Below the pieces are notes generated by a model, which searched no databases, had not been told where the DNA came from, and saw only the letters and a list, made by a program, of their open reading frames with translations. 64,000 nucleotides of DNA from Callorhinchus milii. Lineage: Eukaryota. The stretch lies in assembly GCF_018977255.1 (NCBI RefSeq), contig NW_024704743.1, positions 42,038,001-42,102,000 on the forward strand. Reading direction: 5' to 3'. Within the stretch, counting starts at the first letter, position 1. Each line of letters starts with the position of its first letter. Shown here piece by piece: positions 1 to 12,752 of the stretch. The position numbers and the translations under genes are program-made.

Positions 1-1150
1 AACATGCTATTAGCCTTTCTAATTGCTTGCTGTACCTACATACTAACTTTCTGTGATTGGTGTACAAGGACACCTAAGTCCCTCTGAAAATTAACAGTAT
101 CTTGTCTCTCCTTCTCTAGAAAATAATCTGCTTTTCTATTTTTTCTATCTAGGTGAATAATTTCACACTTCCTCACATTACACTCCATCTGCCACCTTCT
201 TGCCCATTCACCTAACCTATCTATATCCCTTTGCATCCTCCTTGTGTTCTCCTCGCAGCTTACTTTCCCACCTAGCTTTGTATCAACCGTAAATTTAGAT
301 ATATTAAGCTCTATTTCCTCATCTAAGTCACTGATGTAAACGGTTGAGGTCCAAGCACTGATCCTTGCGGCACTCCACTAGTCACAACCTGACAATCTGA
401 GAAGGACCCGTTTATCCCTCCTCTCTGTCTTCTGACTGTTAACCACTCTTCGATCCACGCTAATATATTACCCTTAATTCCATGCGCCCTAATTTTATGT
501 AACAACCTTTTATGTGGCACCTTGTCGAATGCTTCAGAAAATCCAAGTACACTATATCCACTGGTTCCCCCTATCTAACCTGTTAGTTACATTTTCAAAA
601 AACTCTAAAAGATTTGTTAAACACAATTTCCCTTTCATAAAACCTATTACTCGGTCTGCCTATTCATATCATGACTTTCTAAGTGTCCCATCACAACGTC
701 CCCAATTATAGACTCTAGAAATTTCCCTCCCACAGATGTCAGGCTAATTGGTCTATATATAGTACACCATTTTTTCTCTCCCACCCTTCTAAAATAGCGG
801 TGTTACGTTTGTGATCTTCCAATCAACAGGAACCATTCCAGAATCCAGGGAATTCTGGAAGATCAAAAACAATACATCCACTATCTCTGCAGCCACCTCT
901 TTTAAAACCCTAGGATGCAGGCCATCAGGTCCAGGGTACTTATCAATTTTTAGTTCCATCAATTTCTCTAATACTATTACTTTACTGATATTAATTTCTT
1001 TAAGTTACTCACTAACATTCGTCTCTTGGTTCCCCACTATTTTGGTAAGTTTTTAGCATCTTCCAACGTGAAGACAAGCAAAGTATTTGTTTAGTGACTC
1101 TGCCATTTCTTTATTCCCTATTATAATTTCTCCTGTCTCTGCCTGTAAGT
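1..1150 (-). mobile_element. CR1-clade LINE, ORF2 (RT) fragment, frameshifted, runs off the window start
   Basis: Minus-strand peptides PHKRLLHKIRAHGIKGNILAWIEEWL...VTSGVPQGSVLGPQ and MQRDIDRLGEWARRWQMECNVRKCEIIHL are CR1 RT motifs. Same subfamily as 57605-58975. Confidence 0.93.
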
Positions 1151-2264
1151 GACCCTCATTCACCTGATTGAGCATTCACCTTTTGAAGACTGGTTGTGGG
1201 ACATTGTGTGCAAATTGGCTGCTATGATCGCCTACAAATTCACAGTTACTACAATATCAGTTACTTTTGCAAAGCATATTGAGTTATTTCGACTTGATGA
1301 GGCACAACATCAAATTAGCATAAATTATTATAACCTATAAACATAGAGTTGAAAAATGCAAATAACAGATTTGATATGATAATTATACTTTTGAAATGTT
1401 GCATTTTTCGCCAGAATACACCCTTTAAATGATTATGTTCCAATTTTGAATCCTTAACTCTTTGTTAAATTGGAGCAAGGAAGGGAAGAATAGGAAATAT
1501 TCCAAGAAAGTAGAGAATGGTTTAGCATGACGGCACACTGTGCGGGCTCAGAAAAAGTCCTATTTACAAGAGATCTGTGGTCCTGTTTGACTGGAAGCTT
1601 ATTGTTAAACTCGCCTGTATATCATTGCAAGACTAATCAGCATCAGCATAGCTCGTAGCCTTTACATTAGCACCTGGGGAAGAGCTTTGCCTAAGCTCTA
1701 ACCTATTGGGCTTTGATATCCCTGAGGGAAGTTGGAGTGAATTAACTTTGCTGCACTCGTAAGGATCCTGCAAAGCCTTTGACATATGTGATGCCTTTAA
1801 TAATGCTGGAAGCCGTATGATAATCAGCCCTCCCAACCCATGGCAAATATTTTTAAGAGTGGAAGGAGTATAAAAGCCATTCCAGTATGCAATTGACTTC
1901 AGAAACCCTGCTGGCAGACTGATGTTGTTGTGAAACTCACCTCTAGGTCTGTGCTTTTTGTGCAACTTCCATCCCAGTATTATAATTCTATGTGCTCAGG
2001 GGACATTCCGACATTAGTATCCTGCCAGCCTGTGTGTCATTCCCAGCAAACACAAAGCTGTTGCCTTAAGGCTCTGGTGCTGTGATCAGAAGCCCTGATA
2101 AGGCACACAGTTTCTAAAGCTTCCTCAATAAGAGAACTTGCATAGAATGCTGCTCTCTTTTAATGGCCCATTCTACCGTCATATTGTCATGAATCCCAAG
2201 AGCAGCATCATACTGTCTACATAAAAATGAGCAACCTCTAAAGCAATTTTCTACTCCAGTGTTA

Positions 2265-3085
2265 CATTTTGCTTCATTGAGCCAAGGGTCTGACACGTGT
2301 GGAACACGGTTTCCAAACGCAGACTAAAAGATCCAGTTATGTATGCCACCAAAAGATTCAAATATCCTTCTGTCTGGGATGAATCTCTCCCTGAAAACAC
2401 TCACCCTGCTTACCTAATTCAAGACAGTATTAGGCACAGGCTGGTGAGAACCAAGGCTTTGGACTCCCAGGAAGTGCACTGGGATCCTGCTGGAGTTTAA
2501 CCAGCAAAAATCAGTGTAAGCTTGCCATTGAGAGCACCTTTTGGCAAGTTGATGCTGCTTATCCAGCTAGGACTAACATACTCATTAGGGCTGTGGCTGG
2601 CAGGAGCTAAGTGTGAAGAATTCCTGTCCCCAGTGACTGGTTTGTTCCTCGAAGTCATGCTGATTAGACAGGCTGGCTGGACTGTCATCAACAGTGCTCT
2701 TGAATACTGAGGAGCCACCTGGCTCAGGAACCAGACGACAAAGTCTGCTACAGAGGGCTGTTTTAATTCTGGAATTTTGTTACCAAGAATGTCACCTTGG
2801 AGCCATTTGAGCTCCATGGAAACTCTGCTTACATTCCCCCAAGAAGGATAGCTGGACAGGTGCATTTCTCACTGTGTGGATAGCAGGTACCAGGAACTCT
2901 CAGCATGAAATGTGTGAGAGCATTGCCACCATCCCCCTGCCCACAGCTCAGGCACACATTTACCAGTTGGATGTGCAGCAGCTACTTACCTCTTTGCATA
3001 CCAATCAAGGTAGAGACAGATACCAAGCCTTAGATATATGAACCCGGATTCCAGGTAACACCTTCCAGCGGCTGTCATTCCATTA
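2265..3085. mobile_element. Unclassified interspersed repeat (family X), longest copy
   Basis: Aligns by eye in inverted orientation to 8045-8760, 24925-25165, 39480-39620 and 49505-49992, and in the same orientation to 43700-44050. Confidence 0.75.
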
Positions 3086-3974
3086 GTAAACTAGATATCA
3101 GCCTAGACTATAGACTCAGACTTAACTCATAACCCATACACATGTGTATCTTTATATTCATGTCTGTGTACATCTACATATAACTCACTGAAATGTTTTA
3201 AATGATATCTAATAGATGAGGGTGTTAATAAATAAAATAAATTAATTGATGTCCTCTGAGCTATTCAGTTCGCTTTGACAAATTTATTGATATGGGTTTA
3301 TAAATAGGTGCATTGAAATGTTATAATTAGATTTATAATTCATTGTTCTTGTTGCATTACAATGTTATTTGAATTTGTAATTTAAATGCAGTTATTTGTA
3401 AATGCACGGTGATAAATTTGCTAAATAGAGCAAGTGGAGCAGAATAGCCAGCACATCAACTATTCAGACAATGGAACTGAGTAACCCCCTTTGGTGAGAA
3501 ACACTTTTTTAAAAGCCTGTTTAAATTAACATATGATTTCCAGGGGACGGGAGTGGAGTATTGCTGAAGCAATGAACACAGGCCTTGCGTTTGAATCATG
3601 CTGTGGTTTTAGTGTAATTTGAGCTAGAAAAATTGGCACAAAAGCTGGAGCAGAAAATCTGCACCTGTTTTCCACTCCAAAATCCTTTACTTCTGGACTG
3701 TAGTCAAGTTAGGTAAAAAGGTTAGTTTATCCTGCTGCTGATGTGTTGTTGCTAAAGTACTGTCATTCTCACATCATGTCCATAGTAGAAGAAGGGAATG
3801 AACCTGAAGGGATCTGAATTAGCACACTCAGTGGATGCTGAAAAGATGCTAATGAGTATGTCTCTAATCTTATTAATTCAGCTATGACACAGACTCAGTA
3901 AGTCTAGTAAGTCAGTATCCTTCCTGAAGGCTTCAGCACTTGGGTGTTTAAAACATTAACAGGAGCAAATGCAA

Positions 3975-5180
3975 TGAAGTAACATAGATCTAATATATTT
4001 AGAGTTCCAAAAGGCATTCGATAAGGTACCACATGATAAGAGTATGTGGAGTCAGGGGCAAAATAGTAGAATGGTTAACAAGCTGGCTACAAAACAGAAA
4101 ACAGAGTGTAGGGATAAGGGGTAACTACTCAGACTGGCAGGGCGTGGGCAGTGGTGTTCTACAAGGATCGGTATTGGGACCACTGTTGTTCACAATATAC
4201 ATTGATGGTTTGGATTTGGGAATGAGCAGTACAATTTCAAAATTTGCAGACAACACCAAATTGGGTGGAGTAGTTAATACTGAGGAGGACTGCAACAAAT
4301 TACAGCAACACATTAATAAACTTGCTGAATGGGCATTTAAATGGCAAATGCATTTCGATGTAGAAATGTGTGAGGTGGTACATTTTGGCAGAAGGAGTAA
4401 ACAAGTCACAAACATCCTGGAAAATAAAAACCTAAATGGGGTAGAGGAGCAAAGGGATCTTGGGATACACCCACAAAATTCATTAAAAGTAGCAAAACAG
4501 GTTAATAAGGTCATAAAAAAAGCAAACCAGGCATTGGGGTTCATTTCTAGAGGGATAGAAATGAAAAGCAGGGAAGTTATGGTAAACCTCTATAAAACCA
4601 TGGTTAGACCACACTTAGAATACTGTGTGCAGTTATGGTCCCCACATTATAGAAGGGATATGGAGATACTCGAGAGGGTGCAAAGGAGATTGATGAGGAT
4701 GATCCCAGAACTGAAAGGTTATACCTATCAGGAAACGCTGAACATACTTGGACTCCTTTCTCTTGAAAAGAGGAGGGTAAGGGGTGACCTGATAGTGGTC
4801 TTTAAAATGATGAAAGATTTTGATAGGGGTAGACATAGGGAAGATGTTTCTACTTGTGGGGGAGACCAAAACCTGGGTCCATCAATGTAAAATAGTCACA
4901 AATAGATCAAATAGGGAAGTTAGAAGAAATGTCTTCACACAGAGTAATGGGAATGTGGAACATGTTACCACAAGGAGTTGTTGAAGCAAACAGCACAGTT
5001 ACATTTAAAGGAAAGCTAGAGAGGTAAATGAGGGAGAAAGAAATAGAAGGTTATGCTTGAAGGCTTAGTTGAGGAAGGGCAGGAGGAGGCTCATGTGGAG
5101 CATAAACACCGGCATAGACCAGTCGGGCCGAATGGCCTATTTCTGTGCTGTATCTTCTAATGTATTTTAATGTATTCTAA
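3975..5180 (+). mobile_element. CR1-clade LINE, 5'-truncated, RT C-terminal half plus 3' UTR
   Basis: ORF 4033-4890 has GVLQGSVLGPLLFTIYI, SKFADNTKL, VRPHLEYCVQLWSPH and LERVQRR. Ends gggccgaatggcctatttctgtgctgta plus a short repeat tail. Confidence 0.95.
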
Positions 5181-6721
5181 CATTAAAATTAATCAAATTT
5201 TCTGCAGTAGTTATTTATTTTCTTAAAGTTAAGGGTAAAATGAAATAAAAGTTACAAATACATTTTTGCATCAGTAAGTATTAAGTGAGCACAGTTATGA
5301 TATGAATAATAACATGTGTTTGATGTAGAGGATACAAAAATGCAGCAGGTGATGTGGTAAACTTATCAACTTGCATTAAATTATATATACCCTATATACC
5401 CCACACTGCATTGTAATGGTGTTTTTGACATGGCATGAAAAATTACAGACAATATACACCAGCTCTTTCAAAAGCTGCAGTAACTGACCTTTTGGCCAAA
5501 ACTATATCAGCAAAGTCTTGGGTTTTTCCTCATTGCATTTATCAACCAGGACATTTCCAGGAGGGCAATGCCACAGAATGTGATAATTATCACCAGTAAT
5601 AGTTTTTGCATCATATATTGTATTTTTCACCCCACAATATCCTGTCAAAAGTGTTTCAGGATGCTTCACATGCAATGGGGAGCATCATGCACCAACTGCT
5701 AAAAATAGTGGCATTTTCATTGCTTGTGTGAAATGGGAATTTGAAACTGTGCTGTGGGATCCTGAAAATTCACCTGAATTATTAGGGCAGACAGCACAAG
5801 CATTGGTTTAACATTTCATTCAAAGGATGGATAGCAACAGACAGATACAACAAGAGAGCAGAGTAAACTTGAAAGGATTAGAGATTGGAAGTTCAACTCT
5901 GATGTAGCTTGGGGGGAGAGTAATTGTTCTGCTATTAGTTCATTAAAGCTGGAAGGTAAGTCTAAATTGACCGGACAATGCATTACATGATACTGATTGC
6001 TTGGTTCTGTACATTCTTTGCTTGTGTGACACTTTACAATGAGCTGCCGTGCTTCGAGTATCTCACAACTGTGCTTGAGCTGGACGAACCAAATAAGTAC
6101 GAGATTAAGTAGAGTATGTGTAAAGAGGTGACAGGATGAACTGACATCGGTGACTGATCACAAGCCATTTGTTTTTTTGTGCCAGCAGCTAGCATTACGT
6201 GTTCAATGACACTAACCTCTGGAGATGCGCTGATTTCATTTATCCTTGGATCATTTAACTCCATCATTAGTTGATATTTGAGGCAAACCCACACTGTGAT
6301 TGGGTTTTTCCTGTAGATTACAACAACAACGACAAAATTACATTTGTATAGCGCCTTTCACATCAGGAGGACGTCCCAAGGCACTGACCATATTTTACTC
6401 TATGTGTCCCTCATCAAATAAAACTGTAAATAGAGTGTGAATATAATGCTACTCATAGACATCTTGATGTATTTTCACTTATTTTTACTAAGGAAAATTA
6501 TTATTCATTTATGCTCATTATTTGTAGTTGCTTCTTTTTAGTAATTTTCCAGTTTATCAAATTATTTTATTTCCCCAGCCTTTCCTTTTTCTTTTTCTCT
6601 TACAAGTCCTGTTGGGATTCTTTCTCCTTCTATGCCATTTATTGACTTTCCATACCACTCCCTGTCAATCGTTTTTCTCATAAAACAATTACACACAAAC
6701 AGCCATGCAGTGAGTGACCAT

Positions 6722-6970
6722 TTTTTATAATAATCCTTGCATTTGATGTAACGCTTTATCCTGTCTTCGAGACATCCCAAAGTCCTTCACAGAATATATT
6801 GTAAAGTTAATTGCCTGTATATTTTGTGAGCGAAACGAGGCAGTCAATGTGCGCCTAGTGGTGCCCTACAAACAATCATGGATTGAAATGAACAATTTAT
6901 TATTATTTATTTTTGAAGGAATTATTACCCCTGGAAAAGCAATCCGCCAATCAACTAACAACCGGGTTTG
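6722..6970 (-). mobile_element. CORE-type SINE, 3' half
   Basis: Reverse complement of the SINE tail (ataataatccttgcatttgat...) and of the middle segment of the 15708-16076 copy. Confidence 0.8.
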
Positions 6971-7044
6971 CTGTATTTTCTTGCATTTTGAATTTTTAGG
7001 GGGATTTTCCATTTTGCATGCACAGTATCCCAAGGTATGAGCAC

Positions 7045-7409
7045 TGAGTAGCATAGTGGTTAGTGTGCTCGCCTCCCAAGCGAGAGGGCCTGGGTTTGAT
7101 TTCCAGTCATGGTAAAACCATAGCCAAGTTCCCTTACTCCACACACTTCTATTTATCTAGCAGTAAGTAGGAACCTGGTTGTTTCTCGATTGGCAGATTG
7201 GTTTCCGCGGGTAATAATCCCTCAAAAAGAAATTTGGTCACTCAATCCATGTTTGTTTGTAGGACGCTGCTGTGCACAATTGGCTGCCACTTTTCAGCCA
7301 CAAAATACACAGTCAATTCACTTTACAGTTTATTCTGTGAAGTGCTTTGAGATGTCTCAATGATGTGATCAGGTGCTGCATTAAATGCAAGGATTATTGT
7401 TATTATATT
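7045..7409 (+). mobile_element. tRNA-headed CORE-type SINE, near full length
   Basis: A-box-like tagcatagtggttag, B-box-like gggtttgatttcc, core ccttactccacacacttctatttatctagcagtaagtagg, tail aaatgcaaggattatt. Confidence 0.88.
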
Positions 7410-8044
7410 AATAACACTGAGTTACCAGCATGTCCTTGCATCTCTACAATATGAGTTCAAGTCTTATCCAGACACATCAGAAACTCTTTCTCTGTAAATG
7501 TATAGCTAAAGAGAAATTGAATTGAATTTATCTGAAACAAACAGATGGTAATTCGAGACAAATTAGTCTCTCTCATCCAGCTGGTTGACGAGGAAATATG
7601 AAATCGTACTGAGCAGCGGAAGTCCAGTAGCTTTTGAGATAATGGGTTAAACGCACTATTGTATTATGCTAACTGTTTATCAGGATTAATCAAAGGCCCC
7701 ATTGGTGACAGTTGTTTTAAACCCTGTTGTTTGATATCCCCGGATATAAAGCACTGTATGTGGAAAAAAACAGGTGATCAAAGAGCAGGTTTGATTGTCA
7801 GGTCATCTGGAATCTGCTGCTAAGACAGTTTATTATCTTACACCTATGGTTTCTGAGGTTCAAGATGCAAACCTCAGCTCAGTGTTCATTAACTCAAAGT
7901 TTTTTTCAGCACAATTTAAGAGTTGCTCCAAGATCTGATTCAGAAACAATGGCTCTTGTGATTGAGAAGAATTGAACAAATTTTGAAAATCTGATACAGT
8001 GCCTATTAACACCTATTTGGTGGGGGCGGTAAGCGTGTTTTACT

Positions 8045-8760
8045 TTTAGCTGAAATGTCTTAAAGGCAACCTGCTTGGCAGCGGAATGACAGAATTGAGC
8101 CCACCCTCAGTGGTGGTTTCAGCAGTCCAGTTCCTAAAACAGACGGGTCCACAATACCAGGGACTTCTGAAGACAGCCCAGCCAGCCTGGCTCATCAGCA
8201 GGACTTGGAAGGGCAGAACAGTTATTGAGGGAAGAGATTCTTCCCACTCAGCTCCTGTTAACCCTGCAAGCGAAAGCCCTAACAGGTATGGTGGTGCTAG
8301 CTGGACAAGCAGTGGAGAAAGCTTGCCAACAGTGCTCTCAATGGCAACCTATGTGGCTTTAGCTGGTTAGACTCCAGCAGTACCCCCAAAGTAGATTCTG
8401 GTGTCCCCAAGCCTTGGCTCTTGCTAAATTGGATCTATTACTCTCTGTAATTAAAGTAAGCAAGGTGCACCCCTCAAGAGCGAGATTGTGCATTCCATTG
8501 CAGACACAGGGAAATCTGTAGGCGAAATACATGGCCTAATTGACAACTGGACATTGACAATGAGAACCAAGCAATCATAAAATGATTCTGGGAAAGTGAC
8601 TGGGAACCTTGTGGAAGTGGAAGGTTTAAATAGAGGAACAAGTGAACTGAAACTGTGTTTTGGATTTACAAAAACTACAGCTCAGAGGAGTTTGGATACT
8701 CTTAAGCACGGCAATGGGTTTCCACATGTGACAGACACCTGGCTGATGAAAAAAAATGCT
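8045..8760. mobile_element. Unclassified interspersed repeat (family X), second long copy
   Basis: Inverted homolog of about 2265-2815. ORF 8086-8370 is colinear with ORF 2497-2865(-). Confidence 0.75.
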
Positions 8761-9624
8761 ACTCCTCCTCGAGTGCCCTTTTCCACATCAAAACTTCAAG
8801 AACTTAACTTTAGCAACACGTTTTGGACATTTATAAGACTTCTTTCTTCTATCACTGAGCAAGTTGTTGTTTATTCCTAATGTACCATTTAAATCAATCT
8901 TAGTCAAGTAAATGTACATTTGATTTCATTAGCTATTATCAACAACAACAACTTACATTTATATAGCGCCCCTCATGCAGGGGAGCATCCTAGAGCACTT
9001 GAGCATGTCTGTGTTATGGAGCAGTATTTTCTATAATCAACTAACATAGCACAACACAAGGTTTCAAGAAAGGTCAAACTTTCACAACGTTTTTATTTTG
9101 TTCACTCTCAGTTTCCAATTGAACATTTCAAAAAAATGTGAATTGATTTGTCTCAAGTCACATCACCTATGTTGACCAGCATGGAGCGAGGTGTTTTGTC
9201 CCTTTAAATTTTCAAAGTTTGAGTAGCCTGAAATGGGGCACTAACTTGTTCGGTGCAATAGCACATTTAACATGCTAGCAGGGCTGTTACACACAGATGG
9301 ACAGGATCATTATTGGATTGAGTTTTTACAGACCTTGCTGCAGATAATTGCAGTGACAACAGCTGTTGGCAGACGAAGGCAAGTCAAGGATCATTGATAC
9401 TCCAGTAGACAGTGATACAAATATCACTAAAACCATTCTTTAAAACACAATGACATAAGTGGTCCCGTAACATAGCACTTTCTAATTATAGCACACAAGA
9501 GGTAAAAGATAAAAATTCAGTCCCATCTGGTAATGTCTGATGAACGTTTGGCTTCTACAAGGCTCTGGAGACAGAACTGTCATTCGAGCATTCATGAAAT
9601 CCAAAGCCTAACCACAAACACAAA

Positions 9625-9737
9625 CAGTGTCTGTGAATCTCCCAGTGCAATAGCTGTGATTCTCCTCAAGGCAATCATTGTGAACCTCCTCAAGGCAATC
9701 ATTGTCAACCTCCCAGTGCAGTGTCTGTGAACCTCCC
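9625..9737. repeat. Minisatellite, 23-24 bp unit, about 4.5 copies
   Basis: tgtgaatctcccagtgcaatagc / tgtgattctcctcaaggcaatcat / tgtgaacctcctcaaggcaatcat / tgtcaacctcccagtgcagtgtc / tgtgaacctccc. Confidence 0.85.
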
Positions 9738-11904
9738 TTTTTTTCTGCCTGGGGGATATCTGTCATGATTCCCCTTTTGACGTCAGATTACTGGTGCCTC
9801 TCACAGCCATTCAACTTATTTTACCTCCTCACACACCTGAAATAGTTTCCCTCTAAGTCATTTTTAAAAATAAATCATAATAGCCACTTACTTTTGTTAC
9901 GCTTCCATAAACTCTCGGCATCATAGTAAGACAAGTTATACCAGTAATACCAATTGTTTCTGCTGAGGATATTGCCAGAACACAGATAATGGTTCTGTGC
10001 ATTTGAGCAGCCTCTTTTTTGAAAGGTACAGGAACATATGAACTCCAGCTTCTGCTCCTTGTAAATTGTGCAAAGGGCTTTGAGCCATCCCCCTGACGTG
10101 AATTACATTATATAGATGTAAATTGTTGTTGCTGAAACAATTAGTTTGCCTCTCTTTGATACTATACTTCCTAGGATAAGGTATGTGCACCATAGCCAAG
10201 GAAGCAACAAATAAAAACAGGGAAAGCTACATTGACAGTCAAATACATGCTACTTATGCAACAACAGCAACCTGGATTTATATAGCACCCTTCATGCCAG
10301 GTAGTGTCTTGGGGTGCTGACATTTGAGATAAGTACAATAACGTGATTCCTATCTCTTGTACACATATTACATTTCCAAATGGTTTCTAGTTTCAGGTTC
10401 CATCAGTGTGTGTGCTGTGCTTCAAACTACATATGTTTAAAAAGAACCAGACTTAATGCTCAAAAAGAATTGGAAAACGATCATATGGATCTCCTATTAA
10501 TAGTTTGCCATCATGTTTTGCTCTCTGCAAGCATTCTATACGTTTCATTAATTATTCCAAACCTGATATTCCTTTATAACATTCTTAAAGGTATTTTGTT
10601 CACAATAGTTGTGCCCAAGGATTTTGCCGTAGCAAAAGCTGTGCCAATCACAGGGATTGACATTTGAGTGCAACTAAAACAGGATCTCGACTTGATTCAG
10701 TCAGTATCCTGTGAAGCAACACTTAAATGCTGGCTCCACAAGATTCAAATCAAAATGGTGCCACAGTGCAGAAAACAAAACTGGTGCCACAATATTTTTA
10801 AAGTGCAAAAAGGCTGAGACAATGCTTGTAAATTGATGGTAAGAGAGAGATTTGACTGAGCAGGGCTATATTTGTGGCAATTTATAAAGCAGTCAAGAAT
10901 GGAAATTATTAGGTTGAAAACATTAAACGCTGGAAATATCACTGCATTAAGCATGGAAGATTGTGTTTGCTCAAAGGCACTCTTCATGGAAAGGGACAGT
11001 TCTGTTTATCTGAGTTGAGCGTGCATTTTAATCTAAGAAATGTTCCTTTCAAATTGTAACAATTATGACAATTTAATAGATATTTATTTCAGATTCTAGC
11101 TCCAGGTATTCACATGCTTCACTAAACCCATCTTTGCTGGGATCAAAAAGTGTTCGGTTCATTAGGACATGTTCTTATTGCCTCCACACCTAGTATTCAC
11201 TAAGTTATTACCTGCTAATTAAGGAAGAATGCAGACAGCAAAGAAATAAAGAACCGAGTGGGAATTGAGAGAAAGAAAAGACGGAAAGTAGAACAAGAGC
11301 AGAGGGACAAAAAAGAAATAGAAAATGAAGAAGAGGGGAGGGGGTGGAGATATTGAGCACAGTTTAATTTTCTTTAACTAGAACTTATATTCCAGGCAAT
11401 CACTGTGCCTATAATGATTGCATTTGTGGGATATGGAGCTAAACTGAAGCAATTAGAGGTGCATTGGAAGCCAAAGGGCATGAATGTATATACTCATGTC
11501 ATGCCTGTAACCCCAAGGGTAACAGCTAAAATCATCAGCCCTTATGTGCTTTATTGACCCTTTAGCTATGAAGAACAGCATATTAACCATACTGAATGAG
11601 TTCACGTCAGAAAAAGTGTGCACAGTAAACTTAGTGACATGGCCAACGGTTCCTGAAGACCATCTGCCAAGAATGATTACAAACAGAATACTCATTCAAA
11701 GGATAGTGTCTTCATGAAACATGTTTGGCAAACATTTTTTATTCCTTTACAAATAAACTGTACTACTGCATGAATTGCATCAAATAGGCAGCATTAAGTA
11801 ACTGGTTCATAGCATCGCTTTTGACCTTGATCCACACTCAAACAGCCTAGTTTTACAGTTTCATGCATCTAGTGTTCCTTCAAACTTAACAGGAATTAAA
11901 GGAA

Positions 11905-12055
11905 AAATAATCATAATCCTTGCATTTGATATAGCACCTTAACATGTCGTCTAGATGTCTCAACTTGCTTCACAAGATATACTGTACAGTAGATTGACTG
12001 TCTATTTTGTGGAGAAAACAATGCAGACAGTTTGTGCACAGCAATGTCCGACAAA
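11905..12055 (-). mobile_element. SINE 3' fragment with (TTA)n tail
   Basis: ataatccttgcatttgatatagcacctta...gtgcacagcaatgtcc is the reverse complement of the shared SINE tail. Confidence 0.75.
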
Positions 12056-12221
12056 GTCTATTTGTTAAAAAGTGGAAATAAAATCAGAAATTGTTGGAAA
12101 TCTCCAGAAAATTAATCAATATCTGAAAGAGAGGTTAAAGGTTCGGTTGAGAGTCTAATGAAGGACATTTTTTTCCTTTAACCATTAATTGACAGGCAGT
12201 GGATTTCCAGCATTCCTCTTG

Positions 12222-12410
12222 TGTCATCCTGGCTCAGTTGGTAGCACTTTCACTTCTGAGGTTTGTAGGTTCAAGTCTCAAATCAGGTCTTTAATCCCTT
12301 GGTCTAGGCTGGCACTCCAATACAGTGTTGATCAAGTCAAGCATTGTCAGAGGTGCCATCCTTTGGCTGCAACAATAAACCAAGGACCTGTTTAGGTAGA
12401 CTTTAAATGG
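12222..12410 (+). mobile_element. Deu-domain SINE, 5' part
   Basis: tggctcagttggtagcact...ggttcaagtc head, followed by ctaggctggcactccaatacagtg...gcattgtcagaggtgccatcc. Confidence 0.75.
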
Positions 12411-12520
12411 CATAATTAGCTGTTATTAAAATATAATCCGTGTGTTTGATATATCACCTTCATGCAGGAGGACACATCAAAGCGCTTTACAGGATTTATT
12501 GCAAATTATAGCGACTTATA

Positions 12521-12752
12521 CAGGGTGACCAAAAAGTCGTGAAGCTACAGCCAACAACAACTTGTATTTATATAGTGCCTGTCACTTGGGGTAGCGTCTC
12601 GGAAAGCTTCACAGTAGTGGAGTCTGACAATGAGCCAGGGGGAGAGGGAGGTGGGAGGTAACCATAAACTACACTATAATCTAAAAATAATCATTATTTC
12701 TTTAAGAGTTATTAAACATTGCAATGGTATCACAACTTTTTGGGACACTCTG
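12521..12752. mobile_element. Tc1/mariner-type MITE with TA target duplication, interrupted by an L2 3' fragment (about 12553-12660)
   Basis: TA|cagggtgaccaaaaagtcgtga ... tcacaactttttgggacactctg|TA: imperfect terminal inverted repeats of about 22 bp. Confidence 0.75.

Noticed and set aside
2485..2555. Harbinger-transposase-like EFNQ...IESTFGKL in family X
   Set aside because: Needs frameshifts, the spacing is wrong in both copies, and no upstream catalytic motifs are visible.
4033..4890. 285-aa ORF as a functional gene
   Set aside because: 5'-truncated CR1 RT with FADN in place of FADD and a frameshifted end.
7026..7034. 9-nt microexon cacag|TATCCCAAG|gtatga with upstream TGCATG
   Set aside because: Squeezed between two SINEs, with one starting about 10 bp downstream; likely chance.
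9625..9737. CRISPR-like array
   Set aside because: Head-to-tail units without unique spacers, in eukaryotic context; it is a minisatellite.
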